Source: Lysobacterales bacterium
GTDB taxonomy: Bacteria > Pseudomonadota > Gammaproteobacteria > Xanthomonadales > Xanthomonadaceae
Assembly: GCA_038257785.1 (NCBI GenBank)
Contig: JBBSIY010000001.1
Location: 1-42,159, forward strand
Direction: 5' to 3'
Length of the DNA stretch: 42,159 bases
Below the pieces are notes generated by a model. That model had not been told where the DNA came from. It made no database searches and saw only the letters and a list, made by a program, of their open reading frames with translations. Position 1 is the first letter of the stretch. Each line of letters begins with the position of its first letter. Shown here piece by piece: positions 33,063 to 42,159 of this stretch. A program made the position numbers and the translations under genes.

Positions 33063-34409
33063 TCACCTGACGGCGCGACTCCTCGTCTTACGTCGCCTCG
33101 ACCAAGCGATTGCGGGCACGGCCAAAACGATCACGAGACACCCCAGACCCATCGTACGAAGCATCCCCGGTGCCGCCATGGCGAACGCGAGGAAATCCAC
33201 TCGTCCCGTTTCCCAGAAGACCCACTCGCCCGCCAGCCGAGTGGCGAGCAGTGGGGTTCCCGTCTCAAGCATGACGATGCCGTTGCCCGTCGCTGGGTTA
33301 AGACGTGCAGACGAGTTGAGCGCAGGCGAACGCCTGTTTCCGTCGTGGCCAACGATGAAACCACCCGCGCTGTTGCTCGCATAAAGGCTGGTACCTAAGC
33401 CCCAGATGTCTTCCGAAAACTTAGTCGCATGCGGACGCCGCATCTCGTCGATCGTTGCTTGCGTCAGCACGCCACGTCCGGTTGGCTCGCCCTTCGGTCC
33501 GGGAACGTTTGCTTGGACAAAACGCGTGAGGTCGGCAACCGAGGTGTAAAGCGACGCCGCTGCCGCGACGGAATAGCGGAAGTGAGGCGTTGGCTTCGAG
33601 TCCACGTCGTAGAAGGTCGCCAGTCTCGATCCCTCTCCCGGCGCCCAGCTGAACGTGGTTCTGAGCATGCCCAACGGCTTAAGGACGACGCGCTGCATAT
33701 ACGCCTCGAACGACTCGCCGCTCACTTCTTCGATCACAAGCTGAAGGATGGCGTAGCCGCCTCCAGAATATCTCCACTCGGATCCGGGCTCGTAGCCAAC
33801 CGCAATGGTGCCATTGACGCCGTCGTCCGCATCCGCCGCGCGCAGGGTTTCTTCTAGTGATGGCACGGTAGCGTTGGGCGCAAAGCCGGCGTAGCCAAGA
33901 CCGTCAGTCAGTCCGGCCGTGTGGCTGAGCAAGCGACGCACCGTCACTTGGCTGTTGTCGAATTTGCTTGGCGGTAGCGTCCACCGTGTGATGTAGCTGC
34001 TGACGGGGGCATCTAGGTCAAGCTTGCCTTGCTCAACGAGCGCCATGACGCCCCACGCTGTGATCCATTTGCTGAGGGAAGCGGTCTGAAACACCGTGTC
34101 GTCGTCAACAGGGTTGCCGACCGAACGGGCATGGACTGCATACACAGAGCCGCTGTCGAGCAAGGCGAACACCGCGTTGCCTTTGTTGCTGGAATCGACG
34201 AGCTTGACCGCGGCGTCCACGAACGCATCCGTATCACCACGCGGCGCAAGTGGTCGCGTCCACCAGCCTTCCGAAGTGCCGAAAAAGACCACCAAAACCC
34301 ACAGCACTCCGAGTAAAAGCGTTACCAAGGCGACACGAAACGCTGCTTTCATAAAATAATTTACCGGCTCATTGCTGGCGTCGGTTGGCTGACGTGGTGT
34401 AACCATCAT
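33063..34409 (-). CDS. Membrane-anchored beta-lactamase-family serine hydrolase (class C/PBP4*-like)
   Basis: It has an N-terminal TM helix, the SxxK motif in FQTASLSKWITAWG, a Y-S-G block (EWRYSGGGYAILQ), an HDG block (IVGHDGN) and C-terminal TM helices followed by RRRKTRSR. Confidence 0.82.
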   Translation of the reverse strand: MMVTPRQPTDASNEPVNYFMKAAFRVALVTLLLGVLWVLVVFFGTSEGWWTRPLAPRGDTDAFVDAAVKLVDSSNKGNAVFALLDSGSVYAVHARSVGNPVDDDTVFQTASLSKWITAWGVMALVEQGKLDLDAPVSSYITRWTLPPSKFDNSQVTVRRLLSHTAGLTDGLGYAGFAPNATVPSLEETLRAADADDGVNGTIAVGYEPGSEWRYSGGGYAILQLVIEEVSGESFEAYMQRVVLKPLGMLRTTFSWAPGEGSRLATFYDVDSKPTPHFRYSVAAAASLYTSVADLTRFVQANVPGPKGEPTGRGVLTQATIDEMRRPHATKFSEDIWGLGTSLYASNSAGGFIVGHDGNRRSPALNSSARLNPATGNGIVMLETGTPLLATRLAGEWVFWETGRVDFLAFAMAAPGMLRTMGLGCLVIVLAVPAIAWSRRRKTRSRAVR

Positions 34410-34455
34410 GTTTTTGTCGACTACCGCCGAACCGTCCTTCGGCGCATAAAAAAAG

Positions 34456-35169
34456 TTAGTGCGCGTGGATAGAGGACACGGGCGCTACGGGCAGCAAGTG
34501 TTTGGTAACTGGGGAGCCATACTTCCGATTCAGCCACCAGCCCGCGACAAACGCGGCGGTGAGCGGCGTGAACCACGCAAGATTTTGTTGGATGGCTGGA
34601 TCAAGCCACGGCAGCGCGTTGCGCAAGCCAATCGCAAAGAAGGCGATATGCGTGGCGACGCCGTTGCCGATCATTGCGCCGTAGTGTTCGCGCAGCCACC
34701 ACTTAGGCGTATGCGGGGCGCGACGGCGGGCGAATCCAGCTTGAACCAAGCCGATCACGCCGATGCTGCCGAACACCATCAGCAGCGTGGCGTTGAACAG
34801 AAACCCCGTGATCATGACGCCGATCCCGCTGGCGGCGGTAATGACAGCCAGCGACCAAAACATGCCGCCGTAGTAAACGCGGTAGTCGCTGCGATCGCGA
34901 GCCGAGCGCCACGCGCACCAGCAGCTGTTGCTGACCAAGACCAGCAGGTAAGTCAGAAAGATCGCGCCGACTGACTGGCCGAGCTCAAGCAGCCGAAACA
35001 CCAGTGGTATGCCCGAGAGAATCACTCCCACCATCGACAGTAAATAGGCCTGACCCATTCGTCGATGCAGCGGCGTGCCTTTCTTCATCACGCCGTTGAT
35101 CCAAAACAAAGTCAGCGCCAGGGTTCCGGCCGCTACGTGAGTGAAGACGGTAATTCCATGGGCGGTCAT
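34456..35169 (-). CDS. Multi-pass membrane protein of unknown function (possibly DUF2306-like)
   Basis: It has about 6 hydrophobic helices. The N-terminal THVAAGTLAL...LHRRMGQAYL pattern is reminiscent of DUF2306. There is no catalytic motif. Confidence 0.6.
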   Translation of the reverse strand: MTAHGITVFTHVAAGTLALTLFWINGVMKKGTPLHRRMGQAYLLSMVGVILSGIPLVFRLLELGQSVGAIFLTYLLVLVSNSCWCAWRSARDRSDYRVYYGGMFWSLAVITAASGIGVMITGFLFNATLLMVFGSIGVIGLVQAGFARRRAPHTPKWWLREHYGAMIGNGVATHIAFFAIGLRNALPWLDPAIQQNLAWFTPLTAAFVAGWWLNRKYGSPVTKHLLPVAPVSSIHAH

Positions 35170-35289
35170 GCGTAGGCTCCTTTGAATGACGACCTCAGTG
35201 TGGCCATCGAACGGCTGCGTTAGAGGTGCCGGGCGTCATCAATAGCGGGTGCCAGAAGTCACTTTCTGCACGCAATGGCTTGCGGGTAG

Positions 35290-36462
35290 ATGCTCGTCGC
35301 ACGCAAGCTGCGGCTCATGACACGGTCACTGCAACAGTCACTGCTTGAGCTGGTAGCGCCGCTGATGTTGGCGGCCTATGCCGCGTGGGCCACCGTCTGG
35401 TTGACGATGGGCAGCATCCTAGCGGCCAACGATATTCGCGCTTGGACAGCGCGCGCCAGCATGATCGTCTTCCTGCTGGCATTCATGCTGCTCGGGGCAA
35501 GCGGTGATCAGCGCTCCGATCGCACCTTTGCATGGACGGTCGCCCTACTGGCTGCAATGGCGCTCACGGTTTGCGCCTTGGCGCCGCAGACCGCTGCGCC
35601 AACGCTGCTTATCCTTACGGTGTCGATGTTTGCATCGCGTCTACGCGGCAGAGTGCTGTGGCTAAGCGTCGGTGCGCTCAATACTGCTTTCGCAATCATC
35701 ATCTTCACACTGTCATCGGGGCAGCCGCGCTGGATCGCGGTCTCCTTCATCGCTTACCTAAGCTTTCAAATGTTTGCCGCCTTGGTGATGCAGACGGCGC
35801 GGCGCGCGGAAGTGATGAGTGAAGAGCTGCGCGCTGTGAATGCCGATCTCATCGCCACTCGCTCGCTCCTCGCAGAGAGTGCGCGCGATGCCGAGCGTTT
35901 GCGCCTGTCGCGCGAGCTGCACGATGTGGCGGGCCACGCGCTGACCGCACTCAAACTCAACCTTGGCGTGCTCGCGCGTGATCCTCGCCAGCCGGATGCA
36001 GAGCGGGTATCGCTGTGTGCCGGACTGGCTGACGACCTGCTGCAAAATCTGCGCGGTGTAGTGCGGCAGATGCGCGAGCACGAGGGCATCGACCTGCGCG
36101 ATGCAATTGAACGCTTAGCGACTCCGTTTCCGAAACCGTCTGTTCACATCGACATCGATGCCGATGCTCGGCTGCACAGCATTGAGCTTGCAGAAGCGCT
36201 GCTCAGAACCGTGCAGGAAGGCCTGACCAATGCCGCGCGGCATGCCGCCGCCAGCCAGCTCTGGTTACGCCTGCAGCGGATAGACGAACGCATTGTGCTG
36301 AGCATGCGCGATGACGGCAGAGGCGCGCATCCGCTGCGGCCCGGCCACGGGCTGCGCGGTATGCGTGAGCGATTGCTAGGGCTAGGCGGCGAGCTGTCGA
36401 TAGATAACAGTCCCGAGGGCGGTTTGCGACTGACCGCCAGCTTGCCTGCTAGCCGCGCTTGA
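35290..36462 (+). CDS. Sensor histidine kinase, HisKA_3 (NarX/DesK/LiaS-type) with multi-TM N-terminal sensor
   Basis: It has the H-box LSRELHDVAGHALTALKLNL, the N-box EGLTNAARHA and the G-boxes DDGRG / GHGLRGMRERL. Five or six TM helices lie N-terminally, with no periplasmic domain. Confidence 0.85.
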   Translation: MLVARKLRLMTRSLQQSLLELVAPLMLAAYAAWATVWLTMGSILAANDIRAWTARASMIVFLLAFMLLGASGDQRSDRTFAWTVALLAAMALTVCALAPQTAAPTLLILTVSMFASRLRGRVLWLSVGALNTAFAIIIFTLSSGQPRWIAVSFIAYLSFQMFAALVMQTARRAEVMSEELRAVNADLIATRSLLAESARDAERLRLSRELHDVAGHALTALKLNLGVLARDPRQPDAERVSLCAGLADDLLQNLRGVVRQMREHEGIDLRDAIERLATPFPKPSVHIDIDADARLHSIELAEALLRTVQEGLTNAARHAAASQLWLRLQRIDERIVLSMRDDGRGAHPLRPGHGLRGMRERLLGLGGELSIDNSPEGGLRLTASLPASRA

Positions 36463-37094
36463 CTGCGCTGCGGCTAGCTCTGGCGGATGACCAAGCGCTG
36501 GTGCGCTCGGGCTTGCGCGCGCTGCTTGAAAGTCTGCCTAACATCAACGTTGTTGTGGAGGCGGGCGACGGTCAGGCGCTCATCGATGCTATCGGCAACG
36601 CGCCGGTGGATGTGATTCTGAGCGACATCCGCATGCCGGGCCTCGACGGCATTCGCATGCTTGAGTCGCTGCGCGCAGCAGGCGTCACGACACCGGTAAT
36701 CCTGCTGACCACGTTCGATGAAGACGATCTCGCCCTGCGTGCCGCGAGCGCGGGTGCGCAGGGGTTTTTGCTGAAAGATGCCTCGCCCGACGATCTGCAT
36801 GAGGCGATACTCCGCGTCGCTGCGGGAGAGACCTTGCTGGTTCCGGTGCCCAGCGATCCGGTGCGCGCGCGCTTTGCATATCGCGATCAAGCGCCACCTA
36901 GCGATACATTTAGCGAGCGCGAAATCGCCATCCTCCGGCTGCTCGCTGGCGGCTATTCGAACAAAGAAATCGGTCGTGCCGTGCATCTATCGGAAGGCAC
37001 GATTAAAAACTACGTCAGCGAGATTCTCGAAAAGCTAGACACCCGCGACCGCACGCGAGCAGTTCTGAAAGCGATCACTCTGCGGATCATTTAG
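36459..37094 (+). CDS. NarL/LuxR-family response regulator
   Basis: It has a receiver domain (DDQALVR.., phospho-acceptor context VILSDIRMPGLDG) and a LuxR HTH (LSEREIAILRLLAGGYSNKEIGRAVHLSEGTIKNYVSEILEKL). The TTG start overlaps the kinase stop by 4 nt. Confidence 0.88.
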   Translation: MTALRLALADDQALVRSGLRALLESLPNINVVVEAGDGQALIDAIGNAPVDVILSDIRMPGLDGIRMLESLRAAGVTTPVILLTTFDEDDLALRAASAGAQGFLLKDASPDDLHEAILRVAAGETLLVPVPSDPVRARFAYRDQAPPSDTFSEREIAILRLLAGGYSNKEIGRAVHLSEGTIKNYVSEILEKLDTRDRTRAVLKAITLRII

Positions 37095-37262
37095 TTTGCC
37101 TCGGTGAGGTCTGATTTTTCGCGCGCTGCCGCGGCGGTCGTATTGACGCTGTCGTCGCACTCAGCGCCTACCGCCTCACCAAGCCAGCGTGCGCGCAGGC
37201 GAGCTCAGGCTACGGCCAAGGCCGTATGTTCTCGCCAGGATGCTGCACGGCCACTCTCTCAA

Positions 37263-38510
37263 TCAGCCGTTCGTTAGCGCTGTCTGCAGCGCCACCGCCG
37301 ACCCTGCGAACACCGTCATGGTCAGTAGTGCCGCACCGATACGCAGGCCGTAGGCGCGGCCGCCGCTAAGCCACGCGATGATCGTTTTCGACACGCTGCT
37401 CGCGAGCAGCAGGCCAAGAAATCCCCACACCGCGACCGACTGCGTGATGGAGCCGCTGGCCTCAAGTTGGCCTAAGGACAGGCCCGCCGCGTGCGCTTCT
37501 GCAAGTGCGGCGATGGTTGTGCCGGCCAACACCGCGCGTGGACCCAGCCACGCATTGAGCGCCGCCGACACCATTAAGATCACGCTGACCGCGACCGCAA
37601 ACAGCAGCGCATCGCGAAAGCGAAACATGCGGCGCTTGCCGGTCTCAGCCGCCACGTCAACGATGCCAGAGCGAATGCCGAGCAATCCCGCAGTCAGCAG
37701 CACGGCCAGTCCCGTCGCTAACGCTGGCGCGATATGCAGCAGAAACTGCGGCGACACGGCGCCGAGCAGCGGTACAAAAAGCAACAAGGACGCCGCACTT
37801 GCCATCAGCGCCGCTGATACAGCTGCTTTGGTTTGCTCGGGCGCGGCGCGCGCGCGACGGCCAAATTCTGCAGTAGCCGCGGTGGATGAAATAAAACCCG
37901 CGACGAAGCCCGCCAGAACAACGCCCCAACGCGCGCCAAACAGACGCAGAAGGACGTGACCAAGCGCGCCAATTGCCATGGCCAGAACGACCAGCAGCCA
38001 GAGCTTCCACGGATTGAATATCTGCAGCGGGCCGATGGCTTCATTCGGCAACAGGGGTAAAACGACTAGCGCCGACGCCGCCAGCAACAGACCATCGCGC
38101 ACCTCATCATCGCCAATCAAATCGCGGCTGAAGCGGTGCATTTGCGCCTTGGCGTCTAGCAGCACGGCCACCACCACGCCGAGGGCGGTCGCCAGCCCTG
38201 GCTCGCGCATCGCCAGAGCGCCGAGCATGACGGTCAGCAGCGCCGTAACCTCTGTCGTGATGCCTGGATCAAGGCGAGAGCTTCGTCGATAGGACACCGC
38301 CACCAGCAAGCCAACGCCAAGCATCACCACTAGCAGCGCGATGGGATCGACGAGCTGGCTCACCGCGCCAAGCAAGCACAGCAGCGTAAAGCTGCGCACG
38401 CCGGCCATCGCCCGGTTGGCGCCTTCGCCCTTGCGGCGCTCACGCTCGATGCCAATCAACAAGCCGATGCCGAGCGCCACGGATAGCCCCTGAATGTCTT
38501 GGATCTGCAT
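37263..38510 (-). CDS. MgtC/SapB-family membrane protein with DUF4010 extension
   Basis: It has an N-terminal MgtC-like motif (ALGIGLLIGIERERRKGEG...AGVRSF). About 10 further TM helices are typical of the DUF4010 fusion. Confidence 0.75.
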   Translation of the reverse strand: MQIQDIQGLSVALGIGLLIGIERERRKGEGANRAMAGVRSFTLLCLLGAVSQLVDPIALLVVMLGVGLLVAVSYRRSSRLDPGITTEVTALLTVMLGALAMREPGLATALGVVVAVLLDAKAQMHRFSRDLIGDDEVRDGLLLAASALVVLPLLPNEAIGPLQIFNPWKLWLLVVLAMAIGALGHVLLRLFGARWGVVLAGFVAGFISSTAATAEFGRRARAAPEQTKAAVSAALMASAASLLLFVPLLGAVSPQFLLHIAPALATGLAVLLTAGLLGIRSGIVDVAAETGKRRMFRFRDALLFAVAVSVILMVSAALNAWLGPRAVLAGTTIAALAEAHAAGLSLGQLEASGSITQSVAVWGFLGLLLASSVSKTIIAWLSGGRAYGLRIGAALLTMTVFAGSAVALQTALTNG

Positions 38511-38673
38511 GACTACTTCGGCTTACCTCATGTGTCTGAGCGATGGGCTGTTGCTCAGTTGGCTGCGCTGCAGACGCGCCGAAAGCGCTTTCCGCTGATG
38601 CACGAAACGTTACAGGCTTTTGCGGCAGCTCAGACGCTAGCGCTCTGACGCCGGGCGTTTGGGCTGATACGGT

Positions 38674-39597
38674 ATGCCTCTGTTTCCTCTCGACACCACC
38701 ATGTCCCACTATCTTGGCCCATGGCTGACCCTCGCCTTGACGGAAGGGCTGCTGGCCGCGCGCAATGCGGGCGCTGCTGAATACACCAGCTCGTTCGACC
38801 TCGGCCGCTCGACAACCACCGTCGAGCTGAGCGCCGATGGCTGGATTTACCGCGGGCATTTGTTGCCGTGGCCGGATGCCGCAAGGCCGAACGGCACCCG
38901 CCCAGACTCATTCAAGCCGCGCGCGATCTATGTCTGGGACGACCCCGCTTTTGTGCCGTTGCAGCGCTACGCGGGTGCCCTGATCAAACTGGTACCGACC
39001 GATTGGGGCGCGCCGACGTTTGAAATCGACGGTATCAAGATGCTGCCGACAGCGCAGATCTCTCCGTATACCGACGCGCAGCGCAAAGTGGCGCTGGTGC
39101 AGCCAAAAGGCAAACACATCCTTGATACCTGCGGTGGCCTTGGCTACTTCGCCGCCTGCTGTCTCGCCGAGGGTGCGACGCGTATTCATAGCGTCGAGAA
39201 GAACGCCAACGTCTTATGGCTGCGCCAGCACAATCCGTGGTCGCCTGATCCTGATGCTGCGGAGGCCGGCGGACGCTTACAGCTAGAACATGCCGACATC
39301 GCGGAACGCATCAACAGCCTGCCAACCGGCGGTTTCGACGCCGCCCTGCATGACCCCCCGCGTTTCGGTATCGCCGGCGAACTCTACGCGCAGACTTTCT
39401 ACGATCAGCTAGCCCGCGTGCTGCGCCCCAATGCCCCGCTGTTTCACTACACCGGCAGCCCCAACGCCAAAACCAGCGGCCGCGACGTGCCCGGCGAAGT
39501 GAGCAAGCGACTGACCAAATCAGGCTTCAGCACCCAGCGCATGCTGGATGGCGTGCTGGCCACAAAAAGCGCTGGCGCGCGGAGCCAACGGCGTTGA
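38674..39597 (+). CDS. Class I SAM-dependent methyltransferase (N-methylase-type DPPRF motif)
   Basis: It has motif I ILDTCGGLGYFA, the acidic loop SVEKN, and motif IV LHDPPRF ((D/N)PP(Y/F)-like, as in N6-adenine/N2-guanine/amino-group methylases). The start is ambiguous between ATG 38674 and ATG 38701, and neither has a clear SD. Confidence 0.7.
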   Translation: MPLFPLDTTMSHYLGPWLTLALTEGLLAARNAGAAEYTSSFDLGRSTTTVELSADGWIYRGHLLPWPDAARPNGTRPDSFKPRAIYVWDDPAFVPLQRYAGALIKLVPTDWGAPTFEIDGIKMLPTAQISPYTDAQRKVALVQPKGKHILDTCGGLGYFAACCLAEGATRIHSVEKNANVLWLRQHNPWSPDPDAAEAGGRLQLEHADIAERINSLPTGGFDAALHDPPRFGIAGELYAQTFYDQLARVLRPNAPLFHYTGSPNAKTSGRDVPGEVSKRLTKSGFSTQRMLDGVLATKSAGARSQRR

Positions 39598-39669
39598 TGC
39601 TGGTCAGCACCTAAGCCGCGTTCCTCCTATTGTTGACCGCGGCCCGTCGCCGTCACCTATTTGGTAACC

Positions 39670-40371
39670 ATGTCCATACCCGACTTCATCGAGCTCTATC
39701 CCAACGCACTGAGTCCGCAGGCGTGCGCGGCACTTGTGCAACGGTTTGAGGCCAGCGGTCAGGATGTGGCGGGGACGGTGGGCGGTGGCGTGATGCCTGA
39801 GCTGAAGAACAGCCGCGACATCACCTTGAACGAGCTTCCGGGTTGGGAAGATGCTGTTCAGCAGCTGAATCTGGCGGTGTTTTCATGCTTGTTGACCTAC
39901 CTAAGACGCTACCCTTACACGCTGATCGCGCCGCTGATGGTTGAGCATCAGGACGTCGGTGGGGCACCTCGGCGGCGATTGCGCGATGCAGACATAGCAG
40001 CGATGAGTGATGCGCAGCTCGGGCAGATTCTGATGCGGCTGTTGCGGCCGGGCGATATCAATCTACAGCGCTACACCGCAGATCATGGCGGCTACCCCTA
40101 CTGGCATTGCGAGCTCTACCCGAAGGACCGCAACTGCGAACCGCTGCATCGACATTTGCTGTGGACGATGTATTTGAACGAGGGGTTTGCCGCAGGCGAA
40201 ACTGAGTTTCTGTATCAGCAGCGCAAGATCACGCCGCGAACCGGCAGCCTGCTGATCGCACCGACGGCGTTCACCCATACCCATCGCGGCAATATGCCTA
40301 GGGGCCGCGACAAATACATAGCCACGAGCTGGGTGATGTTTCAGCGCGCCGAGGCTCTGTTCGAAAGCTGA
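39670..40371 (+). CDS. Putative 2OG-Fe(II) oxygenase-superfamily protein
   Basis: It has possible H-x-E...H iron ligands (YWHCELYP ... FTHTHRGN) and the size and layout of small stand-alone 2OG oxygenases. This call comes from weak motif recognition only. Confidence 0.45.
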   Translation: MSIPDFIELYPNALSPQACAALVQRFEASGQDVAGTVGGGVMPELKNSRDITLNELPGWEDAVQQLNLAVFSCLLTYLRRYPYTLIAPLMVEHQDVGGAPRRRLRDADIAAMSDAQLGQILMRLLRPGDINLQRYTADHGGYPYWHCELYPKDRNCEPLHRHLLWTMYLNEGFAAGETEFLYQQRKITPRTGSLLIAPTAFTHTHRGNMPRGRDKYIATSWVMFQRAEALFES

Positions 40372-40440
40372 TCAGCCGGGAAGTGGCGCAGCACCTGCCT
40401 ATACTTGACCGATTGTTCGCGCAGATTTAACTGGTCCTCG

Positions 40441-41865
40441 ATGAGCCTTCCAACGATTCCGGACGAATGGGCGCTGGCCGCGTCAATTGGCTGGTTGGTC
40501 TACATCATCGCGCTCGCCGTGTGGATCATCGTCCAGAAGCGACCGCCGCTGTCGACGCTGTCGTGGATCTTGTCCTTGGCGGCACTGCCGGTGTTGGGCT
40601 TTCTTATCTATTTCTATCTCGGTCCACAGAAGATCAAGCGGCAGCGCATGCGTCGACAGCGCGTGCGCACGCTTCACGGCGAACAAGCGCCATCGGTTGA
40701 GGACACGGAGGACGCAGGGCTGCCGCAGCGGAAGCAAACGCTCGGACGCCTGCTGCGCGCGGCAACCGGATCGCCAGTGTCCAACGCCACCGACGCACAG
40801 TTGCTCACGGGTGGCGAAGCGACGTTTTCGGCGCTGCACACGGCGATTGATGCGGCGCAAAAGCACGTGCATGCGGCCTACTACGTTTTCGATCCTGATC
40901 GGGTTGGTCTGCCACTGCTCGATTCTCTTTTGCGTGCGGCGCAGCGTGGCGTGAAAGTACGTTTGCTCGTTGATTCTGTCGGCTCGCCAAGCTTGAAGAA
41001 GAAGCACACCGCCGCATTGCGCAAAGCCGGTGCCGAGGTGACGTACTTCCATCCCTTCCGGCTCGCCACGCTGCGACCGTTGCTCAATCTACGACTGCAT
41101 CGCAAGATCGTCGTCGTTGATGGCTGCATCGGATTTGTCGGCGGCATCAACATCACTGAGGACGAACACGAAGGGCTGAATTCAACCGCGTTTCATGATC
41201 ATCATCTTCGGCTCGAAGGACAGGTTGTCAATTGGCTGCAGACTCTGTTCGCCGAAGACTGGACCTACGCCACACGTCGGCCTCTGGCGGACGACGATCT
41301 CTATCCCGCCATGGCTGCAGGTGCTATCGCCACGCAGATTGTCGGCAGCGGGCCGGAGGGCCTATGGGAGCCAATTCACCGGCTCTATCTTCATGCGATT
41401 GCGAGTTCACACAGCCGCGTATGGTTGGCAACGCCTTACTTCGTGCCGGGAGAAGCGGCGCTTTTCGCGCTCTCGAACGCGGCTCTGCGCGGCGTTGATG
41501 TGCGCATCATGGTGCCACGACGCAGTGACTCACTGCTGGTAACGTTTGCAGCACGCTCATACTTCGATGATCTACTCGAGGCAGGCGTCCGCATTTACGA
41601 GTATCAGCCACGCATGCTGCACAGCAAGACCCTGCTGGTCGATGACGATTGCGCGGTTGTGGGCAGCGCCAATTTTGACCAGCGCAGCTTTCGTCTGAAC
41701 TTTGAGGTCTGCGCGGCAATGTACGACGTCGGCATGACCGAGCTGTTGGCGCATGAGTTTGAGCGTGACTTCAGCCGCTCGCGGCGGGTCTCGCGGCCCC
41801 GTCGAGTCGATCCGCTGCGCCGTCTGGCGGAAGCGTCGGCGCGCCTGCTCTCGCCCGTGTTGTAG
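40441..41865 (+). CDS. cls: Cardiolipin synthase (ClsA-type, two HKD motifs)
   Basis: It has two N-terminal TM helices, HKD-1 LHRKIVVVDGCIGFVGGINI and HKD-2 LHSKTLLVDDDCAVVGSANFD. I chose ATG 40441, since the track ORF starts 12 codons earlier at a non-ATG codon. Confidence 0.9.
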   Translation: MSLPTIPDEWALAASIGWLVYIIALAVWIIVQKRPPLSTLSWILSLAALPVLGFLIYFYLGPQKIKRQRMRRQRVRTLHGEQAPSVEDTEDAGLPQRKQTLGRLLRAATGSPVSNATDAQLLTGGEATFSALHTAIDAAQKHVHAAYYVFDPDRVGLPLLDSLLRAAQRGVKVRLLVDSVGSPSLKKKHTAALRKAGAEVTYFHPFRLATLRPLLNLRLHRKIVVVDGCIGFVGGINITEDEHEGLNSTAFHDHHLRLEGQVVNWLQTLFAEDWTYATRRPLADDDLYPAMAAGAIATQIVGSGPEGLWEPIHRLYLHAIASSHSRVWLATPYFVPGEAALFALSNAALRGVDVRIMVPRRSDSLLVTFAARSYFDDLLEAGVRIYEYQPRMLHSKTLLVDDDCAVVGSANFDQRSFRLNFEVCAAMYDVGMTELLAHEFERDFSRSRRVSRPRRVDPLRRLAEASARLLSPVL

Positions 41866-41905
41866 GGTCGGATAAACTTCGCGCTATCTGGTTTGAGGAG
41901 AGCGG

Positions 41906-42159
41906 CATGCCCTGGCTATTGTTTGTTCTTGCCGTAGGCGCGATCTGGTTGGCGTTCAGCACATTTTCAATTGGCCTTGCGGCGGTCGCCTTGGTAGTTG
42001 CCTTGGGCTTGATCGTGGCGGGTGCGCTGATGTTGGCGTCCGCGCGGATCTCGGGTCTGTCGCAGAACCCGGCGCGGATGATGGACGCGCAGACCCTTGA
42101 AGCAGTGCGGCGGCGAGAGATGGCGGCGGCAGCGTCAAAAGGTGACCAAGTACCGAGCA
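41906..42159 (+). CDS. 5' part of a small two-TM membrane protein gene; runs off the right window edge
   Basis: GAGGAGA (41894-41900) lies 5 nt before ATG 41906. Hand translation gives MPWLLFVLAVGAIWLAFSTFSIGLAAVALVVALGLIVAGALMLASARISGLSQNPARMMDAQTLEAVRRREMAAAASKGDQVPS... There is no stop in the window, so it is not in the ORF track. Confidence 0.5.

Noticed and set aside
40441-41865. I considered whether the PLD/HKD protein is a phage-defence or toxin nuclease.
   Set aside because: It has two N-terminal TM helices, two HKD motifs with ClsA spacing and a full-length resemblance to cardiolipin synthases. No partner defence genes are present.
1-42159. I searched for tRNA, rRNA, CRISPR arrays, IS elements, integrases, prophage genes and toxin-antitoxin pairs.
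   Set aside because: All intergenic gaps are under ~210 bp. None shows cloverleaf-like or regularly spaced repeat structure, and no ORF has transposase, integrase or phage signatures. I see nothing to report for these classes.

Overview
This is a visibly GC-rich chromosomal segment (GC not computed) that looks gammaproteobacterial, Xanthomonadales/Lysobacterales-like. It is densely coding and almost entirely devoted to the cell envelope. All family calls below come from motifs read by eye in the supplied translations; no database search was run. I found no rRNA, tRNA, CRISPR array, transposase, integrase or phage gene. Left to right, the window contains:
- a partial signal-peptide gene
- a co-transcribed pair: an orphan secreted Cys-rich 666-aa protein followed by an anchored pentaheme c-type cytochrome
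- a secreted 264-aa orphan
- a complete mlaFEDCB-mlaA lipid-asymmetry operon
- a five-gene translationally coupled MacB/FtsX-type ABC system carrying three different tandem HlyD-type adaptors
- a rhomboid protease
- a 1899-aa thioester (CWEQ) alpha-2-macroglobulin
- a membrane GGDEF cyclase followed by DCC-thiol oxidoreductase and a saccharopine-dehydrogenase/DUF4166 protein
- a YjdF-like membrane protein
- a VWA protein with four tandem C-terminal modules
- a divergent 1246-aa IPTL-CTERM surface protein built only from protease-accessory domains plus four DUF11 repeats
- MscS and PhhA
- a membrane-anchored beta-lactamase-family hydrolase and a membrane protein, divergent from a NarL-type two-component system
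- an MgtC/DUF4010 protein, a SAM methyltransferase, a 2OG-Fe(II)-oxygenase-like protein, cardiolipin synthase and a partial small membrane protein

The best candidates for undescribed biology are:
1. the triple-adaptor type-VII-like ABC machine (9157-14362)
2. the Cys-rich orphan plus pentaheme cytochrome pair (282-4081)
3. the IPTL-type C-terminal sorting cargo with no known sorting enzyme, alongside an orphan rhomboid
4. the stand-alone A2M with an unusual bait region
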